Shown: positions 20,759 through 32,220 of the stretch, in pieces | How positions within the stretch are numbered: the stretch's first letter is position 1 | Layout: the number at the start of each line of letters is the position of its first letter | Source: a virus | Strand: one strand, 5' to 3' | DNA length: 64,000 nt | IMG/VR virus record: IMGVR_UViG_3300046169_000120 | Location: 61,692 to 125,691 of that record | Made by a program: the position numbers and the translations under genes | The notes under the pieces: generated by a model | Database searches by the model: none | Told to the model about the DNA's origin: nothing | The model's input: the letters and a program-made list of their open reading frames with translations, nothing else

Positions 20759-21147
20759 AGTTTTTTCCTTTCGTTTATAGTTGTGCGGATTGCATTGATC
20801 CTTCCATCATAGCTTCTCTTTCGAGACTTTGCAAGTCTATAATGATGTCTGCGAGAACTTCTTCTGCTGATTGAGTAGTGAAACCTTTGACTCCAACTTG
20901 TTGACCTTTCTCAAGATTCATTCTGTCGAATGGATCTGCGTAGCGAAGATTGCCACTTACGATTTGTGCGATTTCTTGTCTAATTTGTGCTTGATTCATA
21001 ATTACTTGCTCCAATCTACTTCGTTAAATTCAACCTCTCCATGCCCGAAAATCATCTCAAACATTTTTATCAAGTCGTTTGGAGATAAGTAGTCGAACTC
21101 ATCGAGGATTTCTTTTTTTAGTTGTGTTTTTGTCAATTGGTCTGTGT

Positions 21148-21537
21148 TCATAATACTGCTAATACTTGTTTGGGTTCTAGTCTGACGGCAATAGCATAGT
21201 CTACCATCTGTTGAGTGTCGGTGTCAACAAAATTCTTGTGCTTGTAGGGATTGTATGTGACAGGTCGAGCCGTTGGATGTGAGTCGATCCACTCGCCCGT
21301 TTGCCAATTCTCAAGATAACCATGCACACCCGCATGAACATTTTTGCGTTGTTCTGCTAGAACACGCTTGCGTCCCGATTGACTCACCTTGAAAGTGCAA
21401 CTATGCATCGCAAGATTCTTTGCGTGAAGTTTAACCAATCCATTTTGACGAACACTCCAACAATCTCTGTGAAGATTCTTGTAGACAAATACAGGTCGAT
21501 TGTAGTTTATCTTGTATCGAGGTTCGTCCTTAATCAT
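21148..21537 (-). CDS. Conserved hypothetical phage protein
   Basis: VYKNLH..CWSVR...RKNVHA...VTYNPYK pattern; leaderless promoter. Confidence 0.6.
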   Translation of the reverse strand: MIKDEPRYKINYNRPVFVYKNLHRDCWSVRQNGLVKLHAKNLAMHSCTFKVSQSGRKRVLAEQRKNVHAGVHGYLENWQTGEWIDSHPTARPVTYNPYKHKNFVDTDTQQMVDYAIAVRLEPKQVLAVL

Positions 21538-21789
21538 AAGTTTAGTATGACAGAATTTTAAGTGATGTCAACCCTCTTTTTTAAGGTCGTCAACAAATTT
21601 AGCCAAACGCTTGAGTTCGGCAATGGCGTTTTGTTTGCAGGCGAAACCTGCTTTTTGGCTTTGCAAAATTTCTACACAAATCGAAACTGTTGCTTGCCAT
21701 GAGGGAGTTGCATTAATTGTTTTCATAAATACAAGTATGACAGGCTGAGCGTGCAAGTCAATACTTTTTTTCGTGTTTTTAAAGATTGT

Positions 21790-21869
21790 TGTATCTTGTT
21801 GTGGTTCAACAACTTAGGTAAAACTACCTACGCGATTTTCGCGCAACTCGTTGATATTCAACACTTTAT
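21790..21869. repeat. Nested-palindrome element copy 9
   Basis: TATCTTGTTG-tggtt-CAACAACTTA...CCTACG...CAACTCGTTG-atatt-CAACACTTTA. Confidence 0.8.
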
Positions 21870-22116
21870 AACATTTTAATTTTTATGTTGATTTTTTAAT
21901 TTTTATTGTTTTTTATAGTATCTTTTATTTTATACTATTATTTATTAGTTTATTATTTCTTATTTATGTCATTGTTATTTCCCCCCTCTGTATTTGATAA
22001 GAATGATATTTGATATTTGTGTATTTGGTGTTTGGGGTTTACCAATTGCGAATATCGTCAATCATGCGGATTACTCCTACTATGCTACTAACTATTAGGA
22101 TTGTAGTTACGTCCAT

Positions 22117-22719
22117 TTATTGTGTTTTGCTGTATTGTTTCCAAATTTCAAGATCAAGATCAGTGACGCTCTTGCCAAGTTGGCGAGCTATGTTTTTAAA
22201 GATGTTCGCAAAATAGTAATAGGTGTTCTCGTTGCTTGGCGTGCTTTTTGGTGCATCTGCATACCCTTGGTCACGAAGAAAACGCAGTATGTGTGTGTCA
22301 AGCATCGGCTCATCAAAGTCCTCACGACTATGAGAAAGAAAGAATCGTGCGGTCTTAAGTCCAATCCCTGGAACCTCCAACAAACGATTCAAGGATACAC
22401 TCTGGAGATCTTTAATTTTAGACACAGCAACATAAGAATTGTATCTCTGAGCATACGGACTCAGCTTTGCCCAATGCATGATTTCATTTAGACGCCCGAG
22501 TTTAATTAAAGCACGAATGGAATCAAAAGGAGATGAATCCTTCATGAGTTCTGATTTGCGATGCTTTGATGCAACATCTTTTGCTCGTTCAAGAAACACC
22601 TCTAATTTGGGTGCTTCGATTGAACTTTTTTTGCCAGCGACATTGATGCAAAATAGTATGAACTCTTGTAGTTCAGATTGTGTTCTGTTGTAATTTGTTA
22701 CTTCGGCGGGATTAATCAT
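22117..22719 (-). CDS. HhH-GPD-superfamily DNA glycosylase/lyase-like protein
   Basis: LLEVPGIGLKTARFFL HhH with catalytic-type Lys, LDTHILRFL Asp motif, LDLEIW C-terminus. Confidence 0.75.
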   Translation of the reverse strand: MINPAEVTNYNRTQSELQEFILFCINVAGKKSSIEAPKLEVFLERAKDVASKHRKSELMKDSSPFDSIRALIKLGRLNEIMHWAKLSPYAQRYNSYVAVSKIKDLQSVSLNRLLEVPGIGLKTARFFLSHSREDFDEPMLDTHILRFLRDQGYADAPKSTPSNENTYYYFANIFKNIARQLGKSVTDLDLEIWKQYSKTQ

Positions 22720-23028
22720 ATCTTTTTTTGTGTTAGGTTATTGTGCAATGTGAAGTGCTGTACGAAGATTGTTGCAATCGCCTGAAGATAAAAATACTTC
22801 TCGGCAATAGTCTAAATTTTCTCGTTCGACTCGCTCGATAGTTTTAACTGCTTGATAAGCATGAACTCGTTCTCGAGGTAGTCCGCCCCACTTGATAACC
22901 ACTTTCATGTGTGGAAAATGCTCGGCAATCTCTGCGAGTTGTGCTTTGTTGATGTATCCCCAATTGGCAAGTATGTCTTTTAATGTCTGCATGATTACTA
23001 GTATGACAGATTGTTTGTACTTGTCAAC

Positions 23029-23079
23029 AAAAAAGTCCCATTCGAGCCGAAGGGGTGGAGGGAGGCTCGAACAGGACTT
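23029..23079 (-). terminator. Long intrinsic terminator hairpin
   Basis: AGTCCTGTTCGAGCC...GGCTCGAATGGGACT followed by U6 on the minus strand. Confidence 0.7.
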
Positions 23080-23100
23080 AAGGGATGATTAAGAAATAGG

Positions 23101-23298
23101 TGTGGGGAGGGACTACTAAATACCCTCGACTTTCGGTGTGAACTTTAGTTCTATGTATACCTAATCGCACTACGCTTGGATTGGAAAATCCTACCTCAGA
23201 CATTCGCCCATCGGCACTTCACCACAAAGAAACGCATACCTTATCTCGAACACAAAGAGATTGCTCGGTCACCCACAGGAAGGATTATAAGCCCTTCC
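23101..23298 (-). ncRNA. Unassigned structured non-coding RNA
   Basis: GC-rich ORF-free island; closing helix UGUGGG/CCCACA and several hairpins; own promoter upstream and terminator downstream. Confidence 0.55.
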
Positions 23299-23946
23299 AA
23301 AATTTTTAAAATGTAAAAGATCAATTATTTTATTTGATTGAGTTTGTTTCTCAATTATTTATACAAGTATTATACTATATTATTTGTTATTTGTCAAGGA
23401 TTATTTTTTGTAAATTATAATCTTTTGCAAATTGTTCATCTCTTTTCATACTACTTACAATAATAATATTTTCTGATACATAGATTGGCATAATGCTTTA
23501 ATTTATCATTTGAGACTTAACATACATACCAAGTGCCACAAGTACTATAGTTAATACGAATGGTATAAGTCCGAAGGTAATAGCTTTAGTATTCTTAGAC
23601 ATGAATCCAAGAGATGCTCCGACCAATCCTCCAATTCCCGCTAATACAATAGGTAATCCACCAACAATTTTCATGCTCACAAGAATGAATGTGACAAAAA
23701 AAGAAATGAGTGATATTAGGCTAATTTGCCCTGCTAATTTTGAGTTTTTTGATTGTTCTGTCATAAGGTTATAGTTTACTATAAATTGTATTGTTTGTCA
23801 AGTATTGTTTTTTAAAAATTGTAACTTTTTCGCAAGCTGTACAAGTTGATCGTCCGCATTTCGGTACTGCATAATCATTTATCGATACATTTTGTTTGCT
23901 ATTTGATCCGCAACTAGATAAAAAAATTAATGCAATTAAGTATAAT

Positions 23947-24057
23947 TTATTCACTTTCACAATTTACGCATCCTCTATGTTCATAAGGACACACATCGTT
24001 GTTACAATTATCATCCGCACAACTAGATAAAAAAAATAATAATATTAAATATTTCAT
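23947..24057 (-). CDS. Tiny Cys-rich lipopeptide (36 aa)
   Basis: MKYLILLFFLSSCADDNCNNDVCPYEHRGCVNCESE; lipobox FLSSC shared with the next ORF 23769..23960. Confidence 0.45.
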   Translation of the reverse strand: MKYLILLFFLSSCADDNCNNDVCPYEHRGCVNCESE

Positions 24058-25042
24058 TAGTTTGGTAATAATAATGTTTTTAATTGTTGTATTGTTCTAT
24101 TGGTTAATAAAGATAATTGTTCTAGTGTGATGTTCCAATTTGTATCGTAGAGATGTTCAATCTCTGCATCAGTCCATTGTTCGGGCAATTTGAATATATC
24201 TAACTTCATGCAAATTTTCGTTTGGCTAGACGCATCGCACGCTCGGCTTTAATTTCTGCGAGGCGTTGTTGTGCTTCTGCTTGTTGTGCGAAGATACTAT
24301 CTGTTACGACACTACCAAAGTTGGCAAACTTGCCTCGTTTGTTGACGCTTGTATACTTGCCGTTTTGAATGTCAGTCATTACCTGTGATGCTCGTGCGTT
24401 TTTTGCAATACTCATTTTGTTTTTCCTTTTGTTAGCAATTATTGGTTGATGTTGTCTAGTATGACAGACTATTCGTTTTTGTCAAGTCTTTTTTTGTTGA
24501 ACTTGCTTTTTCCGCCAAATGCCCCTGTTTTAGTGGCAACTCCACCCTTTGCTCCGACTTTGCCTCGTCCGCTCTTCTTTTTTCCTACAATATACTTTCT
24601 TGGATTTATTTGATTCATAATTTTCTATATTTTTTTGTTTAATTAATCGGGGGCAATATATTTGAGGCTTTATTTGTGTTTATTTGCTTTACTTTTATTT
24701 GTTCTTCACTAAACCATTTAACACAATAACCTAATAAAAAACTTGGTACAATTATGCACATTAAAATTATTATCGTTTCAATCATTATCTATGTATTTTT
24801 CGTATATATACAATCCTATTATTATAAAAATAATAAAACTAAAAATTTCATTCATTTGTTTCTTAATATTTGAGCTATTAGTATTAGAGTTTCATTTATT
24901 TTGTTTAACTCTATTCGTACATCATCTGTGTATCCATTTGATATAGATATTTGTTCTTTTATTTTGTCGAGTTCTTTTGCAATTTGTTTCATGGTATATA
25001 ATATATTGTATATTTGCAAATGTGTCAAGCAAAAAAAGAATT

Positions 25043-25116
25043 TGGCAGACCGACAGGGATTTGAACCCCGACTAGAGGTACCAAAAACCTCTGTGCTACC
25101 ATTACACCATCAGTCT
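25043..25116 (-). tRNA. tRNA-Gln(TTG)
   Basis: AGACTGA/TCGGTCT acceptor, GAGGT-TTTTGGT-ACCTC anticodon arm, GGTTCAAATCC, GCCA end. Confidence 0.88.
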
Positions 25117-25125
25117 GTAAAGAAT

Positions 25126-25203
25126 TGGCGGGATAGACGAGACTCGAACTCGCGACCTTCTGCGTGACAGGCAGACGCTCTAACCAAACTGAGCTACTAC
25201 CCC
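25126..25203 (-). tRNA. tRNA-Asp(GTC)
   Basis: GGGGTAG acceptor, TCTGC-CTGTCAC-GCAGA anticodon arm, GTTCGAGT, GCCA end. Confidence 0.93.
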
Positions 25204-26536
25204 CAATCCACCCACAATTACACTAAAAATTTTATTTAATTATTTATAAATTCGGGACTCTCTGTCCACATACCCTTGGCTCGCTTGCCGTTATTTGTTT
25301 TGAGGTTGATTGTTGCGTACAAGTGTTCAAGCATTGCCCTGTCATCTTCTTTTTCTTTATTTGATGTTTTATTTTTTGCAATTATTTTATTTATATCATC
25401 TAATATATGGTCTATTTCTCTTCTTGTGTGCATTGTATTATATTGTATATTGTTATTTTGTTATTTCGCTTAAATAATTGTATAAATTTCTACATTCTAT
25501 TATTGATTTGTTTGTATTATTTTGTTTTAATTGAAATTCCATGCTTTGTTGCATCATCATTACATCTTGTATCTGCTCGTCAGAGTATAAATGTATATCT
25601 TTTGCTAGTGTTTCGACTATAAATAACTTTTTTCAAGCATCTCTTCGGCATGAGGATCATTATCCTCCATTATTGCGTAATCTCCTCAAGATATTCTAGC
25701 GTGTGCTTAGCTTCCCACAAGGCTTTCTCTTCATCGCCCAACTGCACATAAAAATTCATGCTATTATTATGTATATTCAGTTGTTCTGCTTGGTCTTTTG
25801 TTAATTTGCTTATCTTGTTTTGAAAGATTTCAACTATTTCAATACTTATTCTTTGTAGTTCAGTCATAATATACTATATACAATACAATACGAATATGAG
25901 ATTGTCAACAATAAAATGAAATATTATACAATATATTGATAATCAATGACTTATGATAGTATTATTTGAGATCGCTTGGAAATCCGTGACTATTTCGTAC
26001 CACTTCTTTAGACTCGCCCGAATCACACTCTTTTTTTGATTCATTTAGCACAATCGCACGAAATATTTGATGCAGTTGCGAGGTCGCTCGGCACACCTGT
26101 ATATAACTTATTTTTGTTATTTGTATTATTGTATAGAGAAATTTATATACTTTAGTCATTTTTATTATTTATTTATTAGTTTTTTGTATCAAATTATACT
26201 ATATTTAATAGTAATTTATTTTGAGTTTTTTTATTTTGCACCAATTTTAATTATAAAAACTGATTTAATTGTATCAATTATTTTATATATTTAGGTCGGG
26301 CAACCCACTTTACCCCATTTTCTACCACATTACAACACATTATTATTGTTTATTTATTGTATTATTGTTTATTATTGATTATTGTATATATTGTATATTC
26401 CTATATAGAATGCGTACATATAAAGTATATTGTTATGAGTCAATAGAATAATGTGAGAAGGGGATGTATTGGCTAAAGCGAGAAGACAACAACAAAATAT
26501 AGTAAAACATATGTAACTGATATGTAGCACATATGG

Positions 26537-27721
26537 TTACTCATAGTTTCTAAATGATATTGCATATGGAAAGCGTGGAATTCCATCGGGAGTAAGTTGG
26601 AAATACTTTATGGTTGCCAACTGACCAATATACTCTTTGCGATTGTCGTAGATTTCCTTGAGGTAATCAAAGTTACCTTTGATGTTTGAGTTGAAGGTTC
26701 TCTTGGTTTTCTCGCAATAACACACAAGATGCTTTGCAGTACCACTACGATTGCCATTACCAATGTCAATATCAACAACACGATATTCTGCATCCACAAA
26801 TTCTTTTCTTTTCAATAATGATTTGCTTCTTTTGTTTTCATAACTTGATAATGATTTGCGTACCATTTGACCTTCATATCCTTGTTCAAGATATTGATTG
26901 TATAAATTGTTTAGATTGCCAAGAGTATATGCTTCGTTGGTTTCAACAAGATGAATGTGCTTGCTTTGAACAAGATGTGCTTGCAATTCTTCGATGCGAT
27001 GATCGAACGAATGTTTTTCTGCGATTACATCATTGATTCTTGGAGCATCATAAATGTGATATTGTATTGTATCTTCTGCTTCCGCTAATCGTTCTTGAAA
27101 TTCTGTGCATTTCTTGGCAAATGCTTTGTCAGTCATCTTGGATGATTGAATTGGCTTTTGCTTGCGAACAAGGGAAGTAATTTTATTGAAGTTGTCCCGC
27201 AAATCGTGATTGTATAGTTCTCCATCGAGAATTGCCGTTGGATGGGCGAGGAAGAACCCATTTAGGCTTTTAAGGATGTGAGGAATACACTCTATCTCTT
27301 TGCCATTGCGAGTTCGTCCTACGAGCTTGTCACCCTCTTTGCGTACAACGCAACGAATTCCATCCAATTTTGGTTGCGAATAGCAAGGATACGCAATTTC
27401 ACCTTGACGATCCTTGAAATTGTGTGCAAGCATCGGCTCATAGAACTTTTTTTTCTGTGCATCTATTGGATCAAGAGCATATCCACTATCCAATTTCTTT
27501 TGAAATTTAGCTTGAGCTTGCAATTCTGCTTGACTTTCGGGAGTCGTTTCATTGCTTCGTCCAACATTCTTGGCGATTGTGGTTGTAGCCTTGTCGGTAG
27601 TCTTTTTGCCATCTACTAATCCTTTGACTGCATAAAATGATGCACCATCAATGTGCATTGTCCATTCACGCAATTTACCTTTAGTATCTACTTTATATAA
27701 TGTCTGCAATGTTTTCGTCAT
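26537..27721 (-). CDS. ATP-dependent DNA ligase
   Basis: QPKLDGIRC motif I, LDGELY, YHIYD, YEGQMVRK, KRSKSLLKRK, PRFP. Confidence 0.95.
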   Translation of the reverse strand: MTKTLQTLYKVDTKGKLREWTMHIDGASFYAVKGLVDGKKTTDKATTTIAKNVGRSNETTPESQAELQAQAKFQKKLDSGYALDPIDAQKKKFYEPMLAHNFKDRQGEIAYPCYSQPKLDGIRCVVRKEGDKLVGRTRNGKEIECIPHILKSLNGFFLAHPTAILDGELYNHDLRDNFNKITSLVRKQKPIQSSKMTDKAFAKKCTEFQERLAEAEDTIQYHIYDAPRINDVIAEKHSFDHRIEELQAHLVQSKHIHLVETNEAYTLGNLNNLYNQYLEQGYEGQMVRKSLSSYENKRSKSLLKRKEFVDAEYRVVDIDIGNGNRSGTAKHLVCYCEKTKRTFNSNIKGNFDYLKEIYDNRKEYIGQLATIKYFQLTPDGIPRFPYAISFRNYE

Positions 27722-28688
27722 GTTTATAATAATAGGGCAACATCAAAATGATGTCAAGCCTTTTAAATGAGTTTCTGTAAAATCTTTAATTCTTCTTTGC
27801 CAACATACTTATCGAAGTATACGCAAAAATCTATTAAATTAGCCCGAATTGAGAATTGTTCGCTATGTTGTATGTAATTAACAACAACATCAAATCTTCC
27901 ATCTCGCCAAAATTCAATCAAGTCTGCAAAATCAAAATCAGTCTTTTCTTCGTTCTTGAGCATCACGAACCTTTTTGCGAACCATTACATTAGGATTGTT
28001 GATATGCGGAACAAGAGGTTCATTTCCTGTGTGCGACATTTTTTTACCAAATTTTGAATCTTTTTTTCTTTCTCTGCTTTGTTTTCCCATTTTAATTTAA
28101 TTGTTTTTTTTGTTTAATTGGTTGTCTTTATCTTTATACTCTTGTAGTTTATAGAATCTTTTAAATTTATTTATAAATTCATTATCAGTAAGTGAATCAA
28201 AATCTTTTTGTAATTGCCATTTAGCAAATCGTTTGAGTTCTTTTTCTTCCCAACTCTCAATCATCTCTCTTGCGAGTTTCTCTTTATTGGTAAATGTACA
28301 ATAATTTTTGCTCAATTAGTATTCTCCGATAAGTTCTTTCAAGCTGAATGTATTGCTTCCCATGTGAAACACAACATTGCTAACAGATGGTTTACTCAAC
28401 AACTTCAACTTTTCAGAATTTAAAAATTCATTAAATTGCTCTTCATTGTCAAAGTCAATCTTTTGATCGAGATTGCCAAATTTATAAGTTATACAAAAAT
28501 TTTCTTTCATTTAAGTAGATGTAGAGTTAATGCAAAGATGCCCGAAATTGAACCTATCGTCATAACGACTCCTATCATATCAATCATTTCCATCGTTAAG
28601 AAATAATAAATAACCAAATGCCAATACTACCAACACAACACCAATTGCCATGTTTACTCCATTTAATATGCTATAAAATTCCATACGA

Positions 28689-29285
28689 TTACGCTACTGC
28701 GAGGATTTGAGGGTTTGCTACTTTTTCGATAAGAAATCTACGAATTGATTCGCTGATATCTAATATCTCATTAAATTCTGTATAACTAAGTGGGTTTGCA
28801 TCACCTTGTCCACCATAACAAATTCGGTATCCTTCTTCAAGAGGAGTAATGTTTGCTTTGGCTTGCTTGGTATAATTGCCATTGATGTCTCGATTCCATT
28901 CCCAAGCAGAATGATACGAGTTGATGTAAACAAGAACATCCAATCTGCCCAAATTGTGTCCAACACTATTTTTGCGTTCTCTCATGTCCACAAAATCAAC
29001 GCAAGCACTTGGATAACCACTCTTCATGTCTTTGAGCCAAACATGAACTGCATGATGATTCATTTGACTATAATAGTTGTATGTGCCACTTCCATATCGG
29101 TTGGTACTCATCAACTTTCCACCCGAAATCTTGCCCATCTGCTCGTTTCTATCACTTTTGCTTTTGTAACTCAACAAATTTTCGCTTGGAATTAACTTCT
29201 TGAGTGTGTTGTTACTTTTAAAATAAATTGTTTGTGGATTCCATAGATTCCATCTTACTTGTGCATTGTTAAAATAATTATTCAT
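28689..29285 (-). CDS. Hypothetical protein
   Basis: 198-aa ORF with promoter upstream. Confidence 0.55.
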   Translation of the reverse strand: MNNYFNNAQVRWNLWNPQTIYFKSNNTLKKLIPSENLLSYKSKSDRNEQMGKISGGKLMSTNRYGSGTYNYYSQMNHHAVHVWLKDMKSGYPSACVDFVDMRERKNSVGHNLGRLDVLVYINSYHSAWEWNRDINGNYTKQAKANITPLEEGYRICYGGQGDANPLSYTEFNEILDISESIRRFLIEKVANPQILAVA

Positions 29286-31458
29286 GTTTTTTATTCAATT
29301 AGTGTTTTAGTTTATAGTTTATACTATATATCAAATGTTTTAATCTGTCAAGTTTTTATCTTCCATTCTTGTGATATTGTATTCTTCTTCTGTTGTGAAT
29401 GGATATTTGTTTAGAAATTCTGCTTTGCTCAATTCGTGAAAATCGCTCATGCGTTCACTATCTTCTGTAAAACTTTGAATCTCGTAAGAGTATTCCATGT
29501 GTCTATCCCAAACTTTTACATCGTCTGCAACCCAATCAAAAAAATCATGTAATAAGGTGACTGCTTCCAATACTTGATTGTTTCCATCTCCTAACGCACT
29601 TGTCTCTGCTTCGTTCAATACGAATTCTATTGCTTTTCTTAATTCCATTTAATCTTCTCTTGTTCCAACAACTAATAATTTAACATCTTCTCCTTCACCT
29701 GTCAATTCAAAATGTTCGCAAATCTCACCAAAAATAACCCCATCTTCGGGAGCGATACTTACCCATTGGCAATTTTGTTCCTTGCCATCAACTTCGGTAT
29801 CAATAACATCCCATCCATAATTGTCGAGTTTTGCTCGTTGTGCTTTAGTTAGTTTCATAGATTTTTTTGTTTAATTATGCTTCACTCCATACTTCATCGA
29901 ATCCAACCAATGCTTCGGTATCTCCACCGATATAGTCTCCATCGAATCCATTTTTGTTTTCAATTATCATTGCTCTTCTTGTGGTTTGTATCTGCTTGAC
30001 TTTTCCGCATTGTTCAATGTCGCTCTTGAATCCTACCCAATCGCCAACATTAACTTCAAAGGTTTCTTCCCATTTGTTTTTAATTTTCATAAATCTGAGT
30101 ATGAACTAAATGATTGTGCTTGTCAAGAGTTTTTTATGTACTCGCCAAATTCTTCATCGTTCATGTGACTCGTTCCATCAAGCGGATTGCATGAAACGAT
30201 TTCTGCTCCTATCTTCCAATCGTGAGAAAGTTCTTCATCTTTATCCATTTGAGCATAAGCAATTTGTTGAGCTTTTTCTACTGAATCTGCTTCTACTTGC
30301 CAAATATGATAGGTTGTGCTTTCCATTTCAATTCTATAAACTTTTTTATTCATTTATCTTTCCCAAAAATAGACTCCCATTCTTCACGAATATCGAGGTC
30401 AGATGCTTCATCCAATCCCGAACATCCCTCGATAAGTAAATCTATAATTTGACTTGTACTCATGTTCATCGCTTCTTGTTCGGCAAGATCATAACGCATA
30501 TCATCAATCGTTGGTTCTTCTTCTCTGCTCTGAAATTCAGTTGTTCTCATCTGTAAATGTGTCTAATTTTTCGTATAATTTGTTGATTTGTTTTTCCAAT
30601 TTGCAGATGTACATTACATCATCGGGTTCTCGCATATACATATAATCAAGTTCCGCTTCCAAGTCCTTGATCGACTTCCATGTATCTCGATATTCTTCTT
30701 CGTTTTCTTGTACTTTCATAAGAATCTTATAATTCATCAAACTACAAAATCTTCGTAGATAAACAATGGCTTATTGTTGTCTTGCATCCCTCGAAATGTA
30801 CCAAGAGTATTGTACTCGAAATGTTCAAGGGCATCAGTCTCGTCAATCTCCCAATCTTCCATCAATGCACGAATAATCTTCTCGACTGAATACACAACTC
30901 GATCATCTGTATCGCTACCAATGATTGCACGATTAAAAGTAGAGCGAGGTTCAAGAACGATTGCTTCTTCATTGTTTTCTGCAATTCGCTCGATCACTTC
31001 GTCACCAAATGATTGTTGATTTTCGTTTGTCATGTTGTTATCTTATGAAATTACAGAAGTTGTGTCAACACTTAAATTCATACATTCTGATAATGTTGCA
31101 TCTTCTTCCACTTCTTTGATTGAGATGTTGATTCGATCATCATGTTCAGTATCTTCTGTTGGAAGAAAGTTAAATGAACTAATTTCTCCATTTAATAAGC
31201 TGATAATCTCTTCATGCGTTAAACCTAATTGTATGTGATAATTTTTCATATTATGCGAAATATACTCGCTCAAATGGTCTGTCCGAAACAGGCAGATGTT
31301 GGTTCACGATCTTCTGAAGCAATGCAACTTGCTTGTTCAAATCTTTCCAATCTGATTCTCTGTATTCATCTCGCACATGATCAATCAACATATAATGCTC
31401 CATGCAATCTAACACATTTTGTAGTGCAATTAACTGATTTTCTTTTAACTTCATAAAT

Positions 31459-32220
31459 TTATCTTTCTAAGCAGTAACTCCAATAACGAGAATTTCTTCT
31501 GTTTTGAACCTTGTTCCAATACATTTCTCTTGCCACATTAGGAGCAACTCCATGCTTGTCGCATCGTACAAGCCATTCGTCTTCCATGCGTTGATAAGCT
31601 TTGAGAGTGTTTGCGTGACCTTTCTTTACATCGTGACCCATGAAACGCAAAAGGTGAACATCAAGACAACAAAGTTGTGCTTCGGTAGGATAACTCAACG
31701 CAAGTGCGTAAGTTGTCTTTGCATTACCTAACCCATAAATTGTTCCAATTAGACGATTGCGACATTCTTGCCATGTCTCGTCATCTTGCTTTTTGAACTG
31801 ATCGGGATTCTCACGAAACTTGGTTGCCAAGTCCCACAATCCACGCTCTCTACGCTCATACAAGCCCACTCTAGCCTTGACGATCATTTGCTTGAGCTTG
31901 TCTTTGGATATAGTCCAAGAAAGATCACTCATGGCAACCTCGTAGCCTCGCACATTACTTTCCCAAGTGGTATGCACACTCATAATGGCGAATACCCAAC
32001 GAGCAAACATTTCGGAATCATCTTGAGGAATCAAGTTTGTCCAATACTCTTGCTCTGCATGAACTGCACCGAGTTTAAGGTTGTTAAAGAAACGATCCAC
32101 ATTCTTGAGAGGATCAACTTCGGGTTTAGTCTCTACTTGCTCGATACGCTCGTTGATTGGAGCGATAGAGTTGGTAAGAAGTAAGATAGAATTATTCAAT
32201 GTGTTTTCTGCAATGTTCAT
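31459..32220 (-). CDS. Second HhH-GPD-superfamily glycosylase-like protein
   Basis: IYGLGNAKTTYAL HhH-like motif, CLDVHLLRFM Asp motif; leaderless promoter. Confidence 0.65.
   Translation of the reverse strand: MNIAENTLNNSILLLTNSIAPINERIEQVETKPEVDPLKNVDRFFNNLKLGAVHAEQEYWTNLIPQDDSEMFARWVFAIMSVHTTWESNVRGYEVAMSDLSWTISKDKLKQMIVKARVGLYERRERGLWDLATKFRENPDQFKKQDDETWQECRNRLIGTIYGLGNAKTTYALALSYPTEAQLCCLDVHLLRFMGHDVKKGHANTLKAYQRMEDEWLVRCDKHGVAPNVAREMYWNKVQNRRNSRYWSYCLER

Noticed and set aside
11459-21869. CRISPR array or classical integron interpretation of the palindromic elements
   Set aside because: Intervals are 0.7-2.1 kb and contain genes, repeats are degenerate, and no cas or intI gene is present. 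The cassettes have their own promoters and I could not place canonical attC RYYYAAC/GTTRRRY ends.
24901-25167. 88-aa plus-strand ORF
   Set aside because: Antisense read-through of tRNA-Gln and tRNA-Asp.
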